The notes beneath the pieces are model-generated. The model saw nothing but the letters and a program-made list of their open reading frames with translations. It was not told the origin of the DNA and did no database searches. Below, in pieces: positions 55,319-63,420 of a stretch of DNA of 64,000 bases. Positions within the stretch are counted from its first letter, which is position 1, and each line of letters starts with the position of its first letter. The stretch is from a virus, in IMG/VR virus record IMGVR_UViG_3300036466_000585, positions 8,275 to 72,274 of that record. The stretch is one strand, 5' to 3'. A program made the translations under genes and the position numbers.

Positions 55319-55624
55319 ATGAAGACGATAACCGGTGATGACATTCAGGCGATGGTGCGCCACTGGCTGGAAACGCCAGTCAACGGCTACCTGGGATCCG
55401 GCTACGGCGCCGACACCAAGAGCCTGCTGCAGCGTGCGCAGTCGGATGAGGAGCAGGCAGACCGCTATCTGCGCAAGCTGAAGCGGGACGTCAGTGTGCT
55501 CGAGGTTCTGCCCAATAGCGCGGTGTCCCTGTACGGCACGCCCGAAGGGGTCGACCGGCTGCGTCTGACCCTGGACGTTGCCGGGCGTTCCTACGACCTC
55601 AACGATATCGAGGGCTCCCGGTAA
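55319..55624 (+). CDS. baseplate wedge protein, gp25/W-like (P1 PmgA-like)
   Basis: VRHWLETPVNGYLGSGYG; 101 aa upstream of J-like gene. Confidence 0.7.
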   Translation: MKTITGDDIQAMVRHWLETPVNGYLGSGYGADTKSLLQRAQSDEEQADRYLRKLKRDVSVLEVLPNSAVSLYGTPEGVDRLRLTLDVAGRSYDLNDIEGSR

Positions 55625-57123
55625 TGCTCACCCGTGAAGACTTCCAGCAGGCCATCGAAGACAGCGTTGCGCGCTACCCGGCGGTCGGCGCCCTTCATCG
55701 CGCGCGCGATCCTCGCATTCTCCAGCACCTGGACGCGATGGCCACGATGCTGGCCATGTACTCGCAGCAGCTGGAAGTAGCACAGGCCGAGCCCTTCGAG
55801 AAGGTGCGAGACGCTACGGTGCTGGCCGATGCCTCCATGCGCGGCCTGGTGCCCAAGTCACAGCCCGCGCGCGTAAGCGTGCGCCTGCACAACGCCGGCA
55901 CCACCGCCTTCTCTGCCAGCCCGGGGCGTCCGCTAATCGACTCCAGCGGTCGACCGTTTCGCGTCGAAACGCCCATCGATGCTGGCCCCGGCGACACGGT
56001 GACCTTCGAGGCCGTGCAGCTGCATGAGAAGGCGCGCACGCACACCGTGCAGGAGAGTCGAGCCTTCTATGCCGTGGAGCTCGACATGGCTGATGACGAC
56101 TCCTGGCTGTGCGGGCTTCACGTGACCGACGCTGACGGCGCCTACACCCATCGCGAGCGCTACACCAACACCCTGGCAGATGAGCGCGTCTATCACGTCG
56201 AGGCTGATGAGCGTCAGCGCGTCTACGTGCGCTTCGGGCAGGACGGCGTGGTCGGCGTTCAGCCCAGTGAAGGGGCTGAGCTGACGTTGACCACGTACTA
56301 CTCTCTGGGGCGAATCGACGACTTCGCCCCCGGTTCGCCCATGGCCTTCGAGACCATGCAGGGGCCGGCCGAAGCGCAGCTCGAGATGAGCCTTCACGAG
56401 GTGCTGTCCAGCGGGGAGAACCCGCCCTCCATGCGCGCGCTTCGCGAGCTGGCCAAGTACCCCAGCGTCTACAACCACAACGCAGTTTTTCTCGGAGAGT
56501 TCGACTTCCTGGTGCGTCGCCACTTCCCGTCCCTGCAGTTCCTATCGGTCTGGAATGAGGGCGTGGAGGAGCGCTACCGCGGCATGAGTGTGGACAACAT
56601 CAATGCGCTGTTCGTGGCCTGCCTCTCGGCCGCCGGCGGCGAGCCCGTCCTGAGCCAGGCGCCCGGAGAGACGCTAGAGCCTGTCGAGCTGTCCGAGGAG
56701 GATCTGACCGCCACCCATCGCGCCATCCGAGACAAGATCCATGCCGCCGATGACAGCTATCGGATCCGCTTCTATTCCGCCATCCGGGCGCCGCTGCCGG
56801 TCAGCATCGCCGCTACGGTGGCCACCAGCTACGACGAAGGTGTGGTCAAGGACCAGGTTCGCCAGGTCATGCTCGAAGAGTTCGGCGAACAGGCCGACCA
56901 ATCCCGACGCGGCAACGCCACGCCGCTCTATCAGCAGGTCTACCAGGTGCTTCGTCAGCGCGTTCCGGCCCTGAGCGTGGGGCGTGCCGACTTGCGCGTC
57001 ACCATTGGCGACGACACCGGCGACAGCCGTCCTGAACTGTGGCGCTACGTCTCGCCGGAGAGCCTGGAGGTCAACGTCTCCGCAGGCAACGTCAATGTGC
57101 CGTTCTGGGGGTCAGGGTTTTGA
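55624..57123 (+). CDS. baseplate wedge protein, J-like (P1 BplA-like)
   Basis: VRFGQDG..G..P, AVFLGEFDFLVR; position after W-like gene. Confidence 0.75.
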   Translation: MLTREDFQQAIEDSVARYPAVGALHRARDPRILQHLDAMATMLAMYSQQLEVAQAEPFEKVRDATVLADASMRGLVPKSQPARVSVRLHNAGTTAFSASPGRPLIDSSGRPFRVETPIDAGPGDTVTFEAVQLHEKARTHTVQESRAFYAVELDMADDDSWLCGLHVTDADGAYTHRERYTNTLADERVYHVEADERQRVYVRFGQDGVVGVQPSEGAELTLTTYYSLGRIDDFAPGSPMAFETMQGPAEAQLEMSLHEVLSSGENPPSMRALRELAKYPSVYNHNAVFLGEFDFLVRRHFPSLQFLSVWNEGVEERYRGMSVDNINALFVACLSAAGGEPVLSQAPGETLEPVELSEEDLTATHRAIRDKIHAADDSYRIRFYSAIRAPLPVSIAATVATSYDEGVVKDQVRQVMLEEFGEQADQSRRGNATPLYQQVYQVLRQRVPALSVGRADLRVTIGDDTGDSRPELWRYVSPESLEVNVSAGNVNVPFWGSGF

Positions 57124-58580
57124 GCATCAGTGACGAGTTCGACTTCCCGGGGGCGCGTCTCCCCGACATAGCGCCGCTGCGCGAGAGCTTCGCGAACGGG
57201 CAGATCGAGGAGGAGCTGAAGGCGCTGTTCGGCGAGCTGTTCGAGGGCGTCGCCCACGACACCTTTGACGCCAGCGTACTGGGCACGCCGCATCTGGGGA
57301 GCTTCGAGCTGGTCCGTCGCACGGTGAACCATGATGGCCTGGTGTTGCTCAAGGGTGAGCGTGAGGAGGCGGCTACCCGTTACCTGTACCGGGCCTGGAA
57401 GTCCGGCGACGTGCAGAAGCGCGGGTTGCACTTCCTGCGCACCTACCTGCAGCTGCTGTTCCCGGGGCAAACCGAGGTCAAGCAGCTGTGGCACTACAAA
57501 AGTGCCGCCTACGGCCAGGGGTTCGTGCTCAACGAACCTCGCAATCCCTACTGGTTCCACTTCCTGGGCTCGCCCGGACTGAAGCTGGATGGCAGCTGGA
57601 AGGTGGGGCGCCCCCTCGCCCTGGATGCCGACGAGCCACCGTATTACAAGCCGGCAACGGATGATCTCTTCCTGACCTCACGTGTCGAGATACTGCTCGG
57701 CCTTGAGGAACTGTCCCGCTATTCCGAGGGGGGGCGGGCGGCAACGTCCGGGCTGATCGACATCATTCGATCCGTGATCCCCGCCCGCCTGGTACCGCTG
57801 TTCAAGTTCTGGTTGCGTTACGTGATCGGTGTCGATATCAGCGCACGCAGCCATTTGCTGATGGAGAAGCGATCGACGGCTCGCTACCCGTGGTGCGGTC
57901 GCGTCCTGACCGAGGAGCCGGCGCACAAGTGGTCGCTGGGTATCGACGGCGAGATGGTCAAGCTGCCCCAGCCTTTCGGCACCTTCCGACTAGGGGAGAA
58001 GCGGGGCGGCAAGAGCGTCTGGCGGCTGCGCAACTGCCGCATCGACAGCGAGGTCGCCGTGGCCAAGTCGCCGGCCGAGGCGTCGGCTTATCGGCTTCCG
58101 GCCCTGGGCGAGACCGGCCGCAAGCTGGACGGCGGGTGGCGGCTTTCCGGTCGCCAGCTGGACGCCATGAGCTGGAAGCGCGCAGAGAAGGGCGTCGATC
58201 TTCCCCAGTCTGTCGAGGCCTCCGCCACTCACCACGAGCATATCCGCATCGACTACCCGGAAACGCCGCGCAAGCTGGGAAGCGCGTGGCGTCTCAACGG
58301 CACCTGGCGCCTGGGTGATGGTCGGCGTCTTGCCCATGCCTGGGCGGGGCAGACGCTCAACGGCTTTCGTATTTCGCGACAGGGCGTGGTCGCCGAGTCA
58401 GTGGCATCCCTTCATGTCGCGGCCGTCTGTGGCGCGTCTCCGGTACGGCTCCCGAGGCGGAAAACGGAGGCCGAGGGCGGTGATGGGGTAGAGCACACTT
58501 GGAGCCTGCCGCTGAACGGCCAGTGGAAGCTGGGCGGCCTGTCGCCACCCGAATTCGAGCTAACCATTACCCGCGTGTGA
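57120..58580 (+). CDS. baseplate/tail-fibre attachment protein (I-like)
   Basis: TTG overlapping upstream TGA; KRGLHFLRTYLQLL; repeated L(D/N)GxW(K/R). Confidence 0.65.
   Translation: MSISDEFDFPGARLPDIAPLRESFANGQIEEELKALFGELFEGVAHDTFDASVLGTPHLGSFELVRRTVNHDGLVLLKGEREEAATRYLYRAWKSGDVQKRGLHFLRTYLQLLFPGQTEVKQLWHYKSAAYGQGFVLNEPRNPYWFHFLGSPGLKLDGSWKVGRPLALDADEPPYYKPATDDLFLTSRVEILLGLEELSRYSEGGRAATSGLIDIIRSVIPARLVPLFKFWLRYVIGVDISARSHLLMEKRSTARYPWCGRVLTEEPAHKWSLGIDGEMVKLPQPFGTFRLGEKRGGKSVWRLRNCRIDSEVAVAKSPAEASAYRLPALGETGRKLDGGWRLSGRQLDAMSWKRAEKGVDLPQSVEASATHHEHIRIDYPETPRKLGSAWRLNGTWRLGDGRRLAHAWAGQTLNGFRISRQGVVAESVASLHVAAVCGASPVRLPRRKTEAEGGDGVEHTWSLPLNGQWKLGGLSPPEFELTITRV
58459..58499 (+). promoter_or_regulatory. 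putative late promoter LP8 (tail-fibre operon)
   Basis: GGAAAA-N29-CACACT inside the 3' end of the upstream gene, 90 nt before the next start. Confidence 0.55.
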
Positions 58581-58588
58581 GGTGAAGC

Positions 58589-58969
58589 ATGGCTGAGGCC
58601 ATCACAGTCAACGCCTACCGCCGCCGCCTGGCGAGCGCAATGGCGGGCGGGCCGCCCATCGCTGAAGCCGCCTACATGGCTTTCGGTGACGGCGGCCACA
58701 ACACCGACCTGACGGCGATCACGCCGTCCCGAGAGCAGGAAGCGCTGAATCACGAAGTGCTCCGAAAGCCCCTGATCGAGGTCTCGCAAGAAGACTCCTT
58801 CTCGATCACCGGTCGTGGCCTGATCGAGGCCTCCGAGCTTGTCGGCATCTCGATATCGGAAGCCGCCCTGGTCGACGCCAACGGCGAGATCATCGGCATC
58901 AAGAACTTCGCGCCCAAGGTGAAAGAGTCCGATGAGCGCTACGAGGTCAGCATCAAGCTGAGATTCTAA
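58589..58969 (+). CDS. tail-collar / fibre-base protein
   Basis: YMAFGDGG...LNHEVLRK...ISEAALVDANG...F.PK.K. Confidence 0.7.
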   Translation: MAEAITVNAYRRRLASAMAGGPPIAEAAYMAFGDGGHNTDLTAITPSREQEALNHEVLRKPLIEVSQEDSFSITGRGLIEASELVGISISEAALVDANGEIIGIKNFAPKVKESDERYEVSIKLRF

Positions 58970-58978
58970 GGAGCAGCC

Positions 58979-61678
58979 ATGTCATTGCCCAACGAGAAGA
59001 TCACGCCGATCCCCAACGACGAGCCGGATGCGGTGCCGTCACTGTGGAATCTGCGCTACGAAGAGATCGATGCCAATTTCGGCAGCCTGGACCAGCGCCA
59101 GACGACCACCGAGCAGACGCTGACCCAAGCCAAGGGCGACAAGGCGTCGCTGCCGGCTCGCCTGGACGGCATCGAGCAGGACATCGAGGGGATTCGCGGC
59201 GAAGACCCGATCGTCATGAGCGAGAAAATCGACGTCCTGGTGGAGCACGGCGCGCAGCAGATTTTCACCGAGCACCGTGACCGCGTTGCATCGACAGCGA
59301 TTACCAGTGCCGTCGCGGGCGACGACTCGATGGACGTGGAGAGCACCGCAGACCTGGTGGTCGGTCAGCATTACTTGATCGCCAGCGATGGCAGCTCGCA
59401 GATCGTCCGGATTCGTGAGGTGCTGTCCAGCACCCGTGTGACGCTCGAGGAGACGCTTCCCTCGAATGTGCCAGCTGGCGCCGTGCTCAGCCGCATCTCT
59501 GGCAGCGAGTACGTCACCGCAGACCTGGATAGCGCCCTGGTAGGCTACGGTGGAATGATCTTCGTCGTCGGTACCGCAACTCGCGTTCGCGCCTGGATTG
59601 GCGGGAGCTGGGAGGATCTGGTCGAGCGCCGCGGCGGCTGGGAGGTTCCCGTCGGCGTCCGGCGCTTCCGGGTGACAGGTGCTGTTGATCGCTTTGCTCT
59701 CATCTCGGCACTGCCCATCAGCGCACTTCGCCGGCCGGGCAACGTGAGCCCCTCCGACGGGCAGCCGGGTCTTACCACGCAACCCACCCTGACAGGCGCC
59801 GATTACTACGCCCTCTACGCCGTTCCGCAGAAGCATCGCAAGTTCCGCGTGTACGACCAGAACGGCGCAATGATCTACGAGGCAACGGAGACGCCCTCCA
59901 GTGGCGTGCCTGCCGTCAGCCACACCGTGACGTCCGGCACCCTGTCGATCGAGTCGGGCTATACCTGGAACTACCAAGACGTCAACGAGCTCGACGAGGA
60001 GGGTGCCTGGTCGGAGCGCACCTCGTTCACCACCGCTAGCGTCTATATCGCGGCACCCTCGATCATCGCGCCCACCGACGGCGAGACCGAGGTGCAGGAA
60101 ACGCCGACGATCGAGACCAGCGCCTTTGCGGTCGAGCCCGGTACCGAGAGCGACACGCACACCCGCTCCGCCTACCGCGTGCGCGATGCTGACGGCAACG
60201 TGCTGTGGTCGACCCAGACATCCAGCTACCTGACCTCGATTCAGGTGCCTGCCGGCATCATGGAGGAGGGGGGCAAGACCTACGTCATCGACGCTCAGCA
60301 CGAGGGCGAGCTGTATGGCTGGTCTGCCTGGTCGGCCGCGGTGACGGTCACCACCGCCCAGCGCTTCGCCGCTGACGTCGGCGAGGCCGGCACGCAAGGC
60401 TTTGGCGTCGGCATCTACCCCGACACCCTGCCAACCGGCTTTACCGCACTGTCTGGCCATGATGACCCGGCCAGCGATAACTACGGCAACTACCAGTACA
60501 GCGATGGCTCGGTGCTGTGCTTCATCCCCGCCTTTTACTACCGGTTCGGGCATGCTGACTCGCCTCGCTTTGCCGACTATGGCGCCAATGCGCTCGATAT
60601 CGTGGGCATGGGCGCCTTTGCCGACCAGGACGCCGCAGCACTAGAAGGTTATGCCCTGCATCGGGCCTTCATCGATGGCGGGGCCATCAAGCAGGGCTTC
60701 TTCGTCGACAAGTACCTGAACTCGAAGTCTGCTGGCAACGATGCCGGGGTTTCTGTGAAGGGTGGCGTGCCGATCTCGCTCACCACGTCGACTGCCTACA
60801 CTCGGTCAGATGGCATGACCGGCTGTACCGGCATCCTGGCCGATGCTGTCACGCTGTCGCGGGCGCGGGGCGCCGGCTTCAACTGTGCCAGCGTGTTCAT
60901 GTACTCGGCCCTGGCGCTGCTGTCCATGGCTCACGGCCAATCCGCGACGTCCACCACTTACTGCGCGTGGTATGACGGCACCGGCACCACCAACTATCCG
61001 AAGGGCTGCAACAGCTCGCTGGCAGACGTTGACGACGCGGGCGTCACCTTCGAGTCGGCCGGCGACAGTGGCACTGCCGACAAGCCCAAGGCCGGCAGCG
61101 GCACCCCGTTCGCCAAGACAACTCATAACGGGCAGGCGTGCGGGGTGGCTGACGTCAACGGCTCCATGTGGCAGACCGCGCTAGGCATCACCACGCCGGG
61201 GTCGTCGGGCACCTCGACGACCAACGTCGCCAATGGTGACTGCTACGTTCTCAAGGAGAGCGTGGCGCTGGCCGACCTTACCGCCGGCTTTGGTGGGGCG
61301 ACCGACGCCTGGGGAGATGCCACGGCGCTGGGGGTCAACTACGACGCGCAGGCCGGTATCCTGCCCTGGGGATCAACGACGGGCGCGGCCTATTTCGGAA
61401 ATGGCGCCAACCAGGTGTTCAACAGCGATCCTGACGGTCAGGGGTGGCTTCGCACCGCTTGCGGCATTCCGACAACCACCGATGCGCTCAGCGCCGAAGG
61501 GTCCAACCTGTTCGGCCAGGACTACTGCTACCAGTACAACCGCGAGAACCTGTTCGTGCTCTGCGCCGGCTCTTGGGGCAACGCTTCCGGTGCCGGCGTG
61601 TTCAATCGCCACTGGAACTACAGCCGGTCGGGCTCGATCTACCACAGCGGGTTCCGCGCGGCGGCCTATGGATCGTGA
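58979..61678 (+). CDS. tail fibre / receptor-binding protein, DGR target (two FN3/Ig-like repeats, C-terminal C-type-lectin fold)
   Basis: LHRAFIDGG...GFFVDKY, TTHNG..CGVADVNGSMW, GSW.N...AGVF...GFRAA; last 40 codons are the VR. Confidence 0.9.
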   Translation: MSLPNEKITPIPNDEPDAVPSLWNLRYEEIDANFGSLDQRQTTTEQTLTQAKGDKASLPARLDGIEQDIEGIRGEDPIVMSEKIDVLVEHGAQQIFTEHRDRVASTAITSAVAGDDSMDVESTADLVVGQHYLIASDGSSQIVRIREVLSSTRVTLEETLPSNVPAGAVLSRISGSEYVTADLDSALVGYGGMIFVVGTATRVRAWIGGSWEDLVERRGGWEVPVGVRRFRVTGAVDRFALISALPISALRRPGNVSPSDGQPGLTTQPTLTGADYYALYAVPQKHRKFRVYDQNGAMIYEATETPSSGVPAVSHTVTSGTLSIESGYTWNYQDVNELDEEGAWSERTSFTTASVYIAAPSIIAPTDGETEVQETPTIETSAFAVEPGTESDTHTRSAYRVRDADGNVLWSTQTSSYLTSIQVPAGIMEEGGKTYVIDAQHEGELYGWSAWSAAVTVTTAQRFAADVGEAGTQGFGVGIYPDTLPTGFTALSGHDDPASDNYGNYQYSDGSVLCFIPAFYYRFGHADSPRFADYGANALDIVGMGAFADQDAAALEGYALHRAFIDGGAIKQGFFVDKYLNSKSAGNDAGVSVKGGVPISLTTSTAYTRSDGMTGCTGILADAVTLSRARGAGFNCASVFMYSALALLSMAHGQSATSTTYCAWYDGTGTTNYPKGCNSSLADVDDAGVTFESAGDSGTADKPKAGSGTPFAKTTHNGQACGVADVNGSMWQTALGITTPGSSGTSTTNVANGDCYVLKESVALADLTAGFGGATDAWGDATALGVNYDAQAGILPWGSTTGAAYFGNGANQVFNSDPDGQGWLRTACGIPTTTDALSAEGSNLFGQDYCYQYNRENLFVLCAGSWGNASGAGVFNRHWNYSRSGSIYHSGFRAAAYGS
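61550..61670 (+). repeat. DGR variable repeat (VR)
   Basis: 121-bp ungapped copy of 62161-62281 with 14 substitutions, all at TR adenines. Confidence 0.97.
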
Positions 61679-61683
61679 CCTGT

Positions 61684-61705
61684 GGGCGGCGCGGTAGCGT
61701 CGCCC
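61684..61705 (+). promoter_or_regulatory. DGR target-recognition hairpin/cruciform
   Basis: GGGCGGCGC-GGTA-GCGTCGCCC, 13 nt after VR end. Confidence 0.75.
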
Positions 61706-61715
61706 CTTCCTGATT

Positions 61716-62138
61716 ATGGCCAGTTCATCGCACCCAGCAGCCCAGATATTTCACAAATGCCGGGAGCTGATAAAGCTCCTCAATATTCATTTAAATCATT
61801 TTCCTCGGCATGAGAAATATGCCTTGTGCCAAGAGATAAGGAGTGCTGCATATGATGTGTACCAGCTACTGGTAGAGCACCAGAAAAAGCATCACAACAA
61901 GACGACGCTAAAAAGGTTGGATATCCGGCATGAGCAACTAAGGATGCTGGTTAATCTGGCCTTTGAGCTCGGCTATTACGAGTACAAGGACAATAAGAGG
62001 ATTCAGGGAGAGCGAAGCGCTCGAAGCGAATCCGAGCGCCGCTACGCGGCCGTCTCAGTTCTTATCAATGAGCTGGGGGCCATGATCGGCGGACGAATAC
62101 GCAGCGCCAGGGAGAGAGGCCTGGCGGCAGGCGAATAG
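61716..62138 (+). CDS. avd: DGR accessory variability determinant
   Basis: HFPRHEKYALCQEIR...LKRLDI..EQLRMLV.LA.ELGY...INELGAMIGG; between VR and TR. Confidence 0.9.
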   Translation: MASSSHPAAQIFHKCRELIKLLNIHLNHFPRHEKYALCQEIRSAAYDVYQLLVEHQKKHHNKTTLKRLDIRHEQLRMLVNLAFELGYYEYKDNKRIQGERSARSESERRYAAVSVLINELGAMIGGRIRSARERGLAAGE

Positions 62139-62160
62139 GGTGACGGCTTGAAGTGCACAG

Positions 62161-62281
62161 ATGTTCGTGATCTGCGCCGGCAATTGGGGCAACGCTTCCG
62201 GTGCCGGCGTGTTCAATCGCAACTGGAACAACAACCGGTCGAACTCGAACAACAACAACGGGTTCCGCGCGGCGGACTATG
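62161..62281 (+). ncRNA. DGR template repeat (TR)
   Basis: 12 AAY codons and 28 adenines; between avd and RT. Confidence 0.97.
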
Positions 62282-62394
62282 TTTTCATCCTGACATTCCG
62301 TGAAGGAAATACTGGAGACATAGGGAGCTTGTCATCCTGCCATCTTGGCGAAATATGCGGGCCAAGGTGTTCTAGTACGAAATGGAAAGTCCAC

Positions 62395-63420
62395 ATGCCC
62401 AAACGTCATGCCAATTTATATGAAGAGTGCTTCACCATCGAAGCGCTCTTTGAAGCCTATTATCGCGCCAGAACGGGAAAGCGCGAGAAGTATTCGGTGA
62501 TGGAGTTCGAGAGGGAGCTGGGGGCAAACATCGTTCAGCTCAAGGCGGAGCTTGACGCCTACGACCCGAGCGACCGCGACCCCAGCTACCAGCCACAGCC
62601 CTACCGGCGCTTCATGGTGACCGAGCCCAAGCCGCGGGAGATTGCTGCCCCGGCCTTTCGGGATGTTGTGGTTCAGCACGCCATCTACGCCGTCATCTAC
62701 CCGCTGTTCGACAAGACCTTCATCCACGACTCGTATGGCTGCCGGGTAGGCAAGGGTACGCATCGAGCCAACGACCAGGCGCAGCGCTTCTTGAGGCAAT
62801 GCCCGGACGGCAGCTACACGCTGCAGCTGGATATTCGGCGCTTCTACTACCGGATCAGGCGCGACATCCTACAGCGCCTCCTGGAGCGGAAAATCAAAGA
62901 CCGCCGGCTTGTCGCATTGATCATGATGTTCGCAGAGAGCGACAGCCGTTTCGGCGTGCCCATCGGCAACCTGCTGTCACAGTTGCTCGCACTGATCTAC
63001 CTCAACCCGCTGGACCACTACGTGAAGCGAGTGCTCAAGATCAAGCGGTACGTGCGCTATGTCGATGACTTCATCCTTTTCGGGCTCAGCCGGGAGAGGG
63101 CGTACCAGTGTCGTCGCGCGATCGAGCAGTTCCTTCGCAGCACCCTGGGACTGGAGCTGTCCCGCTGGACGGTGGCGCCTGCGTCGCGCGGCGTCAACTT
63201 TGTTGGCTTTCGCACCTGGCGTCGCACGCGCTACGTGCGAAAGCATAGCCTGTATCGCTTCTCCAAGAGCCTGAAACGCGGCGATGTGGCCAGCCTGACC
63301 AGCATCATGGGCAATGCGCTGAGGACGGCCACATTCGCCCATCTATGCCGACGGATCGCCAGTGAGCGCCCCGAACTCATTCCACGCCTACCCCTGTATC
63401 GAGAGGTGAAGGATGCCTAA
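62395..63420 (+). CDS. DGR reverse transcriptase
   Basis: EPKPREIAAPAFRDVVVQHA, DSYGCRVGKGTH, LDIRRFY, GVPIGNLLSQ, YVRYVDDF, GVNFVGF; 341 aa, no maturase/endonuclease. Confidence 0.95.
   Translation: MPKRHANLYEECFTIEALFEAYYRARTGKREKYSVMEFERELGANIVQLKAELDAYDPSDRDPSYQPQPYRRFMVTEPKPREIAAPAFRDVVVQHAIYAVIYPLFDKTFIHDSYGCRVGKGTHRANDQAQRFLRQCPDGSYTLQLDIRRFYYRIRRDILQRLLERKIKDRRLVALIMMFAESDSRFGVPIGNLLSQLLALIYLNPLDHYVKRVLKIKRYVRYVDDFILFGLSRERAYQCRRAIEQFLRSTLGLELSRWTVAPASRGVNFVGFRTWRRTRYVRKHSLYRFSKSLKRGDVASLTSIMGNALRTATFAHLCRRIASERPELIPRLPLYREVKDA

Larger units (their letters stand above)
61550..63420 (+). mobile_element. diversity-generating retroelement cassette
   Basis: VR-hairpin-avd-TR-RT order as in Bordetella phage BPP-1. 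Confidence 0.95.

Noticed and set aside
62395-63420. RT as group II intron or retron
   Set aside because: No maturase/endonuclease domain or msr-msd; avd and an adenine-specific TR/VR pair identify a DGR
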